NCBI GenBank assembly: GCA_037379345.1
Contig: CM074514.1
Coordinates: 7,192,001 to 7,256,000 of the forward strand
Length of the DNA: 64,000 nucleotides
Direction: 5' to 3'
Origin: Perna viridis
Taxonomy: Eukaryota
In this document: in pieces, positions 12,590-25,017 of the stretch
How the letters are laid out: each line of letters begins with the position of its first letter
Position numbering within the stretch: the stretch's first letter is position 1
The notes under the pieces: model-generated
The model's input: the letters and a program-made list of their open reading frames with translations, nothing else
Databases searched by the model: none
What the model was told of the DNA's origin: nothing
Translations under genes and position numbers: made by a program

Positions 12590-14639
12590 CTGTAAATACA
12601 ATAAGCAACCAGTTTAAATTTTCATCGTAATACCCCGTTACCTGGCTCCTACGACAAGCAATTCTGAGTTCCATATATATTGTCGTGTATATTGGGAAGG
12701 TTTGTCCCTCAAAATTAATGAAAATGAAAAACTAAAATTAACATAGATTTTTAAAAAGGTATCTAAGGAAACTTCGTATCTTTTGTGGTCACTTTACGGT
12801 CGTCCTACATTTTTTTTGTAAATAAATTCTGATCCGGTGTTATTTTTTTGTATTTTTATATTTGTTTTTGCATGTAAATAAGGAAAATACTTTTAACACC
12901 GTAAGAACAACGCACAACAAATCGTACAATCAATTGACGAAAACAAAAAACAAAAGAACCAATAAAATGGCCAAGCTCTGTCTAAAAATCAGTGTAATGG
13001 TAAGCTATGAGTTGAAAGACTGCTGCAATATTACAATGAAGGAAAGGAAAGTTTACAAGGAGAAATCAAAATTGTATTGTTAAATAAGATCCTTGGAATT
13101 ATTTACTTTAGAAAAATATACTTGTACTTATAAGTACATTTTTCCCATATGATATTTAAACATTACATAATATCCGGTATAAAAACTATGTGTAAAACAT
13201 TTAAGTAACTTTCTGAATGCTAAGTAAACATCCCGGATACCAGCTGATATCCTAAATACCCTGGATAACTTGTTACATAAAAAAACCCTATCCGAATCAT
13301 AAACAAATTGCATTGTTAACCTTTTTTACCCCACAATAATCAAGCACCATATTTGAAATAATGCCCCTAAAGGTACTCTAACAATGTAAGCGGTTGGATT
13401 TCTATTCCTACATACCACAACCACTTCCGAGCGCCATATAGACCCTTTTGTGCTAACTGTAGACTACTCGTTGAACATGCGTAGAACATGCTCAACACAC
13501 ACTTCCGCAAGGAAAATTCTTTTGTTCCACCCAAGCCCTACCACTCGGAAGTGTATACTGAGTATGCTCATTATCTTACCACAAATGTTTCTATCGCAAA
13601 CTGTTCATTCCGGCGTTCTTTGCAATCGGCAGAATTATAGTAAAACATTTAAAACATTGTACAGTTTCTATACTCTAATACGGGAGAATGTGACTAAAGG
13701 GAAGAAAAACAAATAAGCTACTTGCTGAGAAAATCCAGCAATCCTGGACTTTGTAAAAGTATTTTAAATGAACTTCGCATTTGCTTTTCAGCATTTTGGA
13801 TGGGTACATTCGGTTTATAAAATTGCGGATTTTAATTTGCGAAACGAAAATATTAAATTTGATCAACGAATTGCCTTTACCAACTTTAAGTTCGTTTTGT
13901 CAAACAATACTGTATTCCATGAAATTAGTGACCTAATTCATAATAGCTGGTCACTTTGATAACTGTCTATATTACAAATGTTTTCTAGGTATTTAACAAC
14001 AATTTAGGATTTGTATCGCTTGATTTCCGATGGGTTAAACTTCTCTTATATAAATAAAAGACTAAAAATATTTTAAAACACATGTTTAGCTTTTTCATAT
14101 TTACGGTGGTTTTCAACATGCTCGATGCTAGAGGTAAGGATGGCATCAGTCAGTAAGTAGCTTGAAAGACAACCTCAAGCACTACTGGAGTACTTCAAGG
14201 AAACCCTTCCAGATACTTGAATGTCTAATCATGATGGAGTGATAAAATATCATGATAAAATATCTGCAGATAAACTTTGACATTATTTTTTTCCAGTGAA
14301 AAGAATTTCTATAAGGATACTAAAGGATGTTCGATTCTTATAAATCTACGGATGTTTAAGTTGATAATGCAGATATACAGATAATATGTCTAGGATTTTT
14401 AATCAAATAAAATCAAAATGAAGATATGTCCCTTTATTTTGACTGGAATAATTTGAATTGAGAAGTGTGGACCGATCCTTATTAATGAAGTCATTATAAT
14501 CAAGGAAACCAAGATTTTAGCGAAAATAAAGAGAATGTGATCCAAGGACAAAGACCAGACATGGAAAAAATAACCAAAATAATACGCACACTCAAAGTAA
14601 CAAATGTAAATAAGCAACTCGAATTCTACTAAAGAACTG

Positions 14640-15320
14640 AGAGTATGGGCAAGGTGCATCGGTAGGGTAAGCGTCTTTGCTTTTCTAGAAACACCGCCGA
14701 GTTGCTAATAAAAGTCAAGTCCAAGGTAGCCGAAAGAGGAAAGGAAAGTTATGATACGTTGAACAAGTCAGTTTTCATGATGCAGCAGGATAAACCGTAA
14801 CGATCAACGAGTTCATGATGACGAACATAAAAATTCTGTTATGATGACTTCAATCTTATAGCAGCAAGCCCTGTTCCTAATTGTAAGAAGTCTAGCGCGG
14901 TACAAATAGTTTGCATAGTAACGACAAGCTCTGGCATAACGTATGAGTTGTGATATGAAAACTCCATACGCAGGTGCTGAAGGGATGTTGCCACAGATGA
15001 AAGGAAAGTTGACAATACGCAATGAAAAGTCATCACGTTTGTCGTATAGTTCGGTCAACAATTTTTCTTAATTATCGATCTTTAAATGTACGTCAAGATA
15101 TGAGGCTGACTTCACAGTGTCTGTAGTATTCTTTATCTCAAGTTCTTTGAGGAAGATGCGATGTATAAAATCTACGTAACTATAATTGTTTAACGGTAAT
15201 ACGTCATTTATATGGCGGAAACTGAGATTTATCTAGCTACATGATGTTCCTTCTTATGGATCAGATCAGCTATAAAGTTAGCCTCATAATAGTAAAGGAA
15301 TAAGTCAGCAATTAGAGAAA
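14640..15320 (-). mobile_element. Penelope-like retroelement, decayed RT fragment, in SLC10 intron
   Basis: IADLFLYYYE, FRHIND (from FRYIDD), SASYLD and LYDKRDDF...SAPAYGVFISQLIRYARAC motifs. Confidence 0.85.
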
Positions 15321-15617
15321 ATAAACTATCATGTCCAGATAAGAAATAAACAATCAAATTAAAGTATTTAGTCAAAAAATGTCATATCTTGAAATATATC
15401 TTCTTATCTCGTTTATTATGGTAGATCTACTATAACATATTAATATTACAAAAAAACCCTTTACAGGTTACATACAATACCATTGAAACAAATTACAACG
15501 AATCATAAGTTATTTTATGACAAATAAAATAGTTTGCAAACATGTATGTATTTGACCAACATGAACCACATGATTTTTTGTAAAATGGCACTAGATTCAC
15601 GGAAGAGAATATTTTAC

Positions 15618-15822
15618 CTTTACGATGATGCCAGCAACCTTTGGCAGTTTACGTGAAATGATCATTCCAATAGCAACAGGGACGATAGTAATAACCAGAC
15701 CAATAATTATCTTGATGTATGGTATCTTGAGATCATCAGTTACGAAACCTCTAGTGTATATCCAAAGATTCAATGGCATCATACCGATAGCCAGGGCTGT
15801 TGCTAGCCAAGTCATACAGATG
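15618..15822 (-). CDS. SLC10-family symporter, coding exon 2
   Basis: ttttag|C acceptor and AAG|gtaaaa donor; SICMT...ALAIGMMPLNLWIYT...IPY motif. Confidence 0.92.
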
Positions 15823-16258
15823 CTAAAAAACATATGAACAGTAATGTTATAAGTGTCCTTCGCTATAAAATACAGTGAGGCAAGGAAATCGTCAATCCCT
15901 CCGGCTCAACCTGATTAACTGAAACCGCCTGACGAGTCTCAATCAAAGTTCTTAAATGTTCCTTTACACTGCTTTTCCGTGAACGTTTAATAATTTGTCT
16001 GATAATGGCTGATATAGTTGCGACTGATGTTTCATTTTCAAAATAACATACCGTTCATATAGTACTTATGTAGTGTAAACAATGTTTCTTTTTTTTTAAA
16101 TTCTTTTGCAACTATAATTGTTATTGACAAGTGCATTGTATATTTTGAGATTTGAACTGACTTATACTTTTTGCATCTTGAGCTATAGTCATTACTTCCA
16201 AATGCAAGTCGAATTAGCGATCAGGGTTGATCATACAGTGCATTCATTTCAAAATTAC

Positions 16259-16650
16259 CTCAATACCACATCTCCATCGCACCAAAAGGTAATCAGATTC
16301 GATAAAGTACCACCTGGGCATGTTGTCAACAGTAAAGCTCCCAGTGCATCATAAGATGATAAACGCAGGACGTGTACCAAACTAAAAGTGAGCAAAGGAT
16401 ACACCACGAACTGGATTAGCATTCCGAGTAAAATGGGGACGGGTTTCTTTATTTGGTCTAATATCGTTCTTGGTTCTATAGTACATCCGAGGGAGAGCAT
16501 TATAATAAAAATGACAGCTATAAGCAAGATTTCCCATATTTTTTTTATTATAGCTTTTACCGGATCTGGCAATATTACATCATCGAATGTATCACTTGTG
16601 TTGGCAAAGGAATACGAAACTTTCAGTTCACTCTCTGTTGTTTGGTCCAT
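16259..16650 (-). CDS. SLC10-family symporter, coding exon 1 (spliced CDS 1020 nt, 339 aa)
   Basis: MLSLGC, QFVVYPL and CPGGTLSNLITFWCDGDVVLS motifs; AG|gtaatt donor; phases join in frame; an acceptor at 16663-16664 implies an upstream 5' UTR exon. Confidence 0.92.
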
Positions 16651-17017
16651 TAAGGCTTAGATCTGAAAAAAATGCCATTGATGCCGAGAGTTAGTCGAGA
16701 CTTACACTGGTAGAATTGAATGGTTGTGCACGAAAAAGGAAGACAAGCTTTAACTGGATTGAGAACAAAATCCGTTTTTCATTTAAGCTGATGTTTATAT
16801 CTTCACACTAAGATTAGATGATAAAGAAAGATAAGGAATGCCACTGTAATATTTCCTCTGTCTATTTGTCTAGCATCTTATTCAGAATGCACCACCACGT
16901 GATTGAGGTTTTTAGACAAGAAAGTACAACGGCTATTCCTTATTGAATTAATTTTTGTATGTCCAAACATCTACCAGGTGTATATAACTATCGGGATTGA
17001 TGTCTAAAATAAAAGTA

Positions 17018-17792
17018 AGGGACCGGGCAAAATTTATCGACACATAGGACCAGTGCAAATAGCAGTAGGACAGACACTTTTTTGATATAATGCTTTTGTT
17101 GGGACACCACTTTTTTTACTGATAATATCCATAGGACACACGTTTTTTTGTTTTTTTTTACGAACAAATACTTTGATTTATTATTTTTTTATTAACTTGT
17201 TATGAAACAAACTATTATAACAAAAATAGTCTACAAAATATAAATGCAGTAAAAATACAACTATTTAACATAATTCATTGTAATTGGAATAACTATATCA
17301 GTGGCGGATCCAGAGTTTTAGGTATGGGGGGGGGGCAAAAATGTTTTCTAACAGGATGACCGGTAAGGATCACGAAGTGTTCTGAATTTGCAAGAGGGTT
17401 TGGGGCATGGCCCCCAGAAAATTTTGAAATATTAAAACCTTAAATCCTGCATTCTGAGGGTATCTTGAAAAATTTTTCAACAATTTTTAAAAATTGCAAT
17501 TTTCCAAGGGGGACCCGGGCCCCTCGCCCCCCTTGGATCCTCAACTGCATATGTAGCTTCATATCAATATCTCATTTGTAAGATCTTTAATACACTGTAT
17601 GTGTTAATATAATATTTTCAAATAAATACTTCATATGAAAACCATGATAGGACACCAACTTTTTTCTTACCAAGTTGACATAGGACATAATTTTTTTCCA
17701 AGTCAGATAGCCATAGGGTGGCAACTTTTATTCAGGCTCTTATGGTTTTTTTTTGCACCGGTCTTATGGGCGATAAATTTTGACCGGTCCCT
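17018..17792. mobile_element. MITE with ~45-bp TIRs (agggaccgggcaaaatttatcg.../...cgataaattttgaccggtccct)
   Basis: Inverted repeats visible; degenerate TTAA-like flanks, possibly Kolobok-type. Confidence 0.8.
17299..17547. mobile_element. Small MITE nested in the previous one (cagtggcggatcca...tggatcctcaactg)
   Basis: Short imperfect TIRs; G/C runs. Confidence 0.65.
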
Positions 17793-18149
17793 AAATTAAA
17801 AATTAAGTAATTCAAGTCGATAAAGAAACAGGGCTCTTTAGGCGACTGATATCTTAAAACAAATCACAAAAGCCTAAGTACAGATTCGTATAAGTAATTA
17901 TAGACACATGTATACACTAAGAGCATGCATTTATAGCTTAGTTAGGCATTATACAATACAAACATAATAAAGCATACAGACATAAACAAATAAAACAAAA
18001 CATTAACACACAGCATAAATAAAGAACTATGCATATTATAGCACACAAAAGCAAAAATAAGCAACATTTGAAAGAAACAACATAAAGCAGTAAAAGCAGT
18101 TGTAGTAGGCATAGTATACATGAGCTGTTTCGGTAAATTTTCTGCATGT

Positions 18150-18500
18150 TTTTCATTCAATCTGCTCTCTGAAAGTTTGTATTCTTATAAAAAATATACC
18201 ACCAAACGAAAAGTCTATCCTAAGTAAATACTACCGCTGGGAAAGAGAAGAAAACTTGATACGTAGACTAGGTACTGCAATACCCTACGGATGCAATGAC
18301 AACATCAAAAATATAGGAAATATTTCAAGTCAATATAACAATAACGTTATTGTAATAAATATGTTCGGCAATAGTTAAAGATGGATAAGAGTCATGGCTT
18401 TTGTCACTATGTATATTTCCATCACCTTAGACGCATGGTGTCTCGATAGATGACCTTCTCCCTTTCATACAAGACTCTCTTGGACTTTACTTTACTCTAT
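18150..18500 (+). mobile_element. Penelope-like GIY-YIG endonuclease fragment
   Basis: Translates as YRWEREENLIRRLGTAIPYGCNDNI, typical of the C-terminal part of the Penelope endonuclease. Confidence 0.6.
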
Positions 18501-20275
18501 ACCTATCACTTCACTGCAGAAGTGATGTGTTCTCCATGACGTAGTTTTCTTTTTCTCTACGCCGGAAGTGACATTTTATGAGCAATTCGGTGGCTGTTTC
18601 TAGAAAAAAATGCAGAGGATTACCCTACATGTGTATCCGGTCCATGCTCTAAAATTTAGTCGAGTTTGCGTTGCTTATTTTGCCTTTGTACCTTTACATC
18701 TTGATGGTTGTGACCTAGGATGTGAACTAACTATTGTATTCTTCTTAAAATTTAATACCCTCCCTTTGGATTCACAAATTACAAAGCCGTGTTTGTTCGA
18801 TTGGTCAAATATTTCCGTTCTTAAATACACGAAATATCTGCCATAAGACGTTAAACATCAATCAATCAATGCTGCGGATGACAGTGCATTGATCATCAAA
18901 TACTGAGTTACCTACCTTTTATTTTAGATTTTACACACAATACTCGTCCAAATTGTATATTTTATTATTAATTATCCAACATAAGTTAGACTGGTCCTGT
19001 TAGATGAAGAAGGTAACATTGGATTAGGAAAGAGTAACAGAATTTCTAAATGAGTGACTATCGATTCAAAATTTAAATTCAACTTCAAATTTTATTATAA
19101 TTCAATCATTGTCCCTCAAGGGGTACATTCAACATTAATATTCATCGGATGATAAGACACAACACATCATAGAGACACGCTGTATGATATAAGACGAGCT
19201 AATTAACAATTTACATTTTCCTAATTTAATAATGTTTTGTGCGATATTGCGGTATATATTTAAAAATACCACGCCAGTTGAAAACATCTGTTTTTGTACA
19301 AAAAAGGAACCTGCAAAAAACAAATCGACAAGTTGACAAATTCGAACTGATAGACAATTCGTACCATCTGTTACCATGGAGAAGGTTGAAACATTATCTT
19401 GATAATTGATTGCCATTGGAACAGTGATGCTGTCTGAAACCATTGATAATGCCCGCAGGTAAGGGCGTTATCAGTGTTGAGGGTAATGTCACGTCCCAAA
19501 GGCAGTCAATTTATCGATAATGTCATCTATATAAGAAAATATTGTTTATTTAATTGAAGAATCTAAAGAGGGCATTATCACATAATGCCCTTCTGACATT
19601 TAAACGCACATTAATAAATATCACATGACCGTGTTTTAACTAAAAAAGATCATCTTTTCTTCTCTGATATGAAATAAATGATAAACGAAATTTCATCATT
19701 AATGAAAGATTGTTTTTTTTAAATGTTCATTTTGATACCAGCCACGTTATTAATGACGCTAATAGATGGTTTCTTAAATGATGGATAATAATAAAATTGT
19801 TAAAATCTAAGCAGTAGTCAAAGGGAAAGTCCGTATAACAAATGAAAAAAATCATGGTAAAAATCGAAAAGTAAGAAACCAATGCAATGTTCCTTACTTG
19901 GTGCAGGCATTTTCAAAATATAAGGTGGGTTAAACCAGGTTTTATAGCACGCTAAACCTCCCGCTTCCATAAGGTTAATTATTTCCGGTATATTTCAACC
20001 CAAGTGAGCAGCATAAAATTGTCACCAGTCGAAATAGGTAAAACCAGTAGTCAAAACAGAACAGAAGATGTGAACAATTAGTGAAAATAAAAATAAGTAA
20101 GTACAATAAAAATGAGTAAGTCTTGAATTTTGTATGCAAGGACTGCCAACATTTTAAAATACATATTCAAGGTATGCCAACTAACAAAATACAATTGCTA
20201 TTTTAAATGCAGGTAAAAAAGTAAATTTACAGTACAATAGAGCGACAATAGAGAAAACTTTATTTGAAAAACCTC

Positions 20276-20427
20276 ACTACAGAAAGGTACTACACACTCT
20301 CAATGAGGGACTATAAAAATAACACTTTAATGAGGAAACACCATGGGGCTTTAAAAATAACCCTTTAATGAGGAAACTTCAGTGAGGGACTATAAGATGT
20401 ATGTGACATAAATGAGGGTATGATATC
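20276..20427 (+). repeat. Polinton A left TIR
   Basis: actacag...ggtactacacac...aatgagggactataaaaata...gatgtatgtgacat...gagggtatgatatc matches the reverse complement of 31516-31671. Confidence 0.9.
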
Positions 20428-20529
20428 TTTTTTTTTTATAATTTCGAATATACATGACTATTTCTGTCATCAGTTCTTTAAGACAATAAAGTATCACCCC
20501 CAAATGATGTATGTTGTCATCATTACTGG

Positions 20530-20795
20530 ACCTTGTATTGACGATTTTGAAGTGTTTCACAAGATCAGTATTTCCACTTTTAATCAAGGCCAGCTTAAAT
20601 TGTGGAATATAAGAAACTAGTGCGTTAATCAAATGGTCAAGAAGACATCCTTTCCTGATTCTCTCAGAAATAATCCCAAACGGTTCATCTTCCGTCGCTC
20701 GCGACAATACACATCTGACTCTGAGATGACGTTTCCATCTTTTTTGTAAATTCATCTCTGGCTTCTTGTAAGATTTTCTTTTCGTACTTGTCCAT
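20530..20795 (-). pseudogene. Polinton A accessory gene, possible CARD/death-fold protein (frameshifted)
   Basis: MDKYEKKILQEARDEFTKKME... joined by frameshift to ...KGCLLDHLINALVSYIPQFKLALIKSGNTDLVKHF. Confidence 0.35.
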
Positions 20796-22620
20796 AGTTG
20801 TTTTTGGCAAATCAAAGCATTTATTGACAAATGATACAATGCATAAGAAAAAGATTCATTTATACACACACTAATTATTATGCTTCATTTCAACTAACGG
20901 TATGTGTATATGAACGTAGCCGAGATGATCAACTATTTTTGGAAGAGGGGGTTTAATTGTAAATGTAAATGTAATCCATCAATTACACAATCGCAGTAGA
21001 TGCACTCAACGATGAAAACTGAGGAGTCTAACATAGTAGCAGTCATTCGTAAAAAAATAACGATGAATAAAGTAACCTACTACAATACAATAACATCTTC
21101 ACAGGTATAAAAAGGATTTATTAATTTGTAGTAGTGTAAGATAATAGAAATGGACAACACAAGACGATGACCTCCAAGTTTGAAAGACATAATTAACTCT
21201 GTTGAAACATTGGATGAACTGAAAAAAAGTCTATCGATAATGAATTATTAAATCATTCTTGGGTTCAACAGAATGAAATTATTTCTACTGTTACTAATAC
21301 CTTTTTCGATGTACCATCTTTAACTTTATGGGCTATAGAAAACAACGTATTAAGTCAAGATGCTGTTGTTAATACACTAAACTTTATTTTAACGTGTTAA
21401 TGGTGCAGTATCAAATTTAATCTGCTAAGCGAAATACTCTGGCACGAGGAAATTCACCTTTTGTTGGATGAACTAGTCACCAATAACGAAAATGTATATT
21501 GTGATATCCAGATTAAACAAATCTCGAACAATGATAATATATAGAACGTATCCCATTGATAGTAACATACCGTTCAACGGCAGTCTTCCCAGACATCGGT
21601 TTAATGCAGGAAGAGGTCGTTTTCAATGATGGATATGTACAGAACTCTTCCGACATAAATGAAGCAGAGTTACCAACGCACGACTTTCCGTCTCAATCGA
21701 GGAAAGGTGATGCTGGAGAAATCCCGACACGATGATGATTCTATATATCTTAAAAAAGTGGGGAAGACATTTGCAAAAACCTTGGCAGTAGAAACGATAT
21801 ATAAAATGAAATTCACCAATGTATGGAAATGTCAAAAGCTGAAACACTTTTAACACAGATACATGGAATGTTCCAAGATGTGTTAACAAAAGCTCGCGAA
21901 GACGATGGTGATCTAGACCACGTCATTATTAATCACCCAGCACTAAATAATCCCATCGGCTTACCTCTTCAGAAATGGTCGAATCTGAACGCCAACACTG
22001 TCATGGAAAACATTGAAAGAATATTGAATATTAACAAAAACTTAGCCTTTAGCGACCAGGCCCTGGTTACTATAGGAAATATAAGGAAGTGTTCCCCGTG
22101 ATTCCAGTAGGGTTCATATCACCAGGTTGACGGGTCCACAAAATGCACTAGCCATTAAACGGTCTGTGGTGTATTTAGGTTACAGACCACCAATTCAACC
22201 AATGAGCATTTGGAACGTACGCAAAAATAGTCCTACGCAGAAATTACCCCTGTTCCTCATAGTGCTGTGAAAAAAGTTCTCATCTCATTTAAAAAATTTA
22301 AACAGTTTCTGAAAGGAAAAACATTTGCTTCTTGTGATGTGAAGCCTAATCTCCATAATGATTTCTAAATATACCCCTATCTTGTGAAAACACTGGGATT
22401 TCCCATGCTATTTATAGACACTTCACTTCCGGTGACCAGTACTGCACTGCAAGTCTGCTAACACCACATGCCATTCAGAAGATTGTGAGCTGACATATGT
22501 AGAATCATGCTGATATATAGTTCTCTGCAGGTTAAAGTTAAGGTAAAGTCCAGAGAAGCCATTGAATATTGTGAAATTAGCATAGAAGCCTATGGGAAGT
22601 GGAATTAGTGGTTTCTAGCC

Positions 22621-23442
22621 TTTAGCGCAAAAATTGTAACGTTAACGTCGCTAACATTCCATTATGTTCTTATGACGTTATATTGTATGGGCTCACATAT
22701 TGATATACAAATATAGATTGAGATAAACGAACATAAAACACAACGCATTGGTTACTTTGCAACCCCAAACCTATACGATCATAGATATTTGTGGTGCCAT
22801 GTACTTCAAGTGCTCGACGAGAAACTACCGAGAAACAGATAGAACATTGCCATCGTAGACGAGCTAATTACCGGAAATAATGGTTTCACACGTGTTGCAA
22901 TCATTAGAAACTCTACAGGACGAACGTCACGTCCTGTCGTGAAGCTGTATCTACTGAAGATTCCAACTAACATGGACCGTGATGATTCTACAACGACTGA
23001 TGACGATGATATACCATCCAAACGAGAGGCTGCTATCCGAGCGAGGGAATAGATCAAGAAATGGACAATGGGTGAATTGAGTTAATTCATATTATAATCT
23101 ATAATGAAAATTTAATTCAGTGTATAAGTACAAGTGAACATTTTCAATATTTTATTACGTTTACTGATGGACAATAATTCTTTTCATTTTCACATTTGAG
23201 ATTTTTATACATATTGTTTTAAAGTGATGTTAACATTTTCATATTACATTTCACATTTTTGCCTGCCCGGAGAATGTCGTGAATTTAGCGCGAAAATTGT
23301 AACGTTAACGTCGCTAACATTCCATTATGTTCTTATGACGTTATATTGTATGGGCAGACATATTGAGATAGATTGAGATAAACGAACATAAAACACAACG
23401 CATTGGATACTTTGCAACCCCAAACCTATACGATCATAGACA
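22621..23442 (+). mobile_element. Internally deleted BEL/Pao LTR element inside polB
   Basis: Direct repeats 22621-22787 and 23275-23442 (TGTC...GACA); PBS-like tggtgccatg at 22792; C-terminal remnant DEKLPRNR*NIAIVDELITG...RPVVKLYLL. Confidence 0.85.
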
Positions 23443-24914
23443 TGGTCCTTATTGAAAGTATCCAATGACGATCATCTCAGCTTGGCTTCAGCCATTGAGA
23501 GTGTTTTGTTGAAACTTAGTAAAATTGTACACTTGGTCGAATGAAAGAGGATAACAGAAAACGACGAATCATGGATGAATTACACGATAAAAGTGATAAA
23601 ACATAGAAAGACGACAAAACGTTTTTTACAGGCACGTGGGAGATCGTTCCATGGAAAGATATAGCAAACGCATGGCCGACACTTTATGCAGAGAAACCGA
23701 TGTTCCGACCGACAGACCCAACAACCTATCGGACATAAAAACGTTCGAAGATCTGTAGGATAACATTATGGTGTAATCCTCATAGTTTGGAAACAAATTT
23801 TGCCTTGTTGTCAACAATTCTTCGAGACAAAATCAATACCTATACATCACAACAACAGACGACTCGGTCGGACATTTCGGACATTTCGATGAAATCGGAA
23901 GCATCAATGGATTCTTTGGCTGTGGATATTTTTGCGAGACATGTCTAAAACCTTACAAAAAGATAATTTCCAAATTTATTTAATACAAAAGAATATCAGA
24001 CTTACATTGGCCTGTATCCGGATCCGGCATTTGACAGATGCGATTTCATGGAAACGGGAGACAGAAAAGACCTCCAATAGTACGACACCAAACAAGACGA
24101 GATTTTCGATTTCTTACGACAAATGTACGAATATTGCGCCTCGGACGTAGACATCCTACGTAGAGGTTACTCAACAGCTGTTGATGGAAGTCACTTCTAA
24201 AATTGGATCGACGGCCGTGGATCCTTTCGATTATGTGATCATTGCCTTGGTGTGTCAGGGAATCTATCGCCATTTGTTTCTTGAAGAGACGTACGGAACG
24301 AAGGTACTGGATCTTGAAACGGAAAAGTGGATCAATTGCCAAACGATATTCGATGGCGAATGAAACGTTCTGCCGCCCAACAAAGTATGGACACAATCGT
24401 CGTCGGTGGACGTTGGAAGGTAAAAGGTCGGGAAACGTGTTTTCGAGTCCCACAGGCATCGTCCCTTCTGAAGGTTACAAAACCCGTGATAATATCACCA
24501 TATAGAAAATCAAGCAGAGAAGAACCTACGAATATGTCACGCCCTGAACGCCGGGGAACACCGTTGTCCCCGGAACTAAGTACAGGCTAGACGGATTCGA
24601 TGAGGCCACCAAGACGGTCTACGAGTTCCTGGGTGTGTTTTTTTTTAACTTATGAATATGTATATAATATATGATAAACTTATATATATAATTTGATCCG
24701 ATGGAGCAGTGTAGCGGACTGAGTCGTCACACTCTGAGACGTTTGTATAATATTGAATTGTTGTGACGTGTATCGTTAATTTGATCCTCTATCCTACATG
24801 ATAACACCTAGATGAGCTGTCCCGTACAACCATACATCGTGTACAAAGTTACAGCTCTAGGTTAGTCTTACGAGGAGGAATGACCCGTCTGACGAAAGCT
24901 ATATTTTTTATATA

Positions 24915-25017
24915 GCCTAGCTGGCCGAGTGGTCTAGGGCTTTGGACTTAGTGCAGGCGGTGTTGCCATAGATGTCATAGTGATAGTTCCGCGGAGGGAA
25001 CGACCAAAAATTTGCTT
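24915..25017 (+). mobile_element. tRNA-derived SINE head fragment
   Basis: A-box-like tggccgagtggt; interrupts the polB region. Confidence 0.4.

Noticed and set aside
15915-15950. ctgacgag hammerhead-like core
   Set aside because: No stem II followed by GAAA, so the fold cannot be completed.
17938-18160. Cys/Leu-rich minus-strand ORFs
   Set aside because: Translation of low-complexity A/C-rich sequence.
23443-23450. TGGTCCTT after the 3' LTR resembling a second PBS
   Set aside because: The match ends after 8 nt and no retroelement sequence follows.
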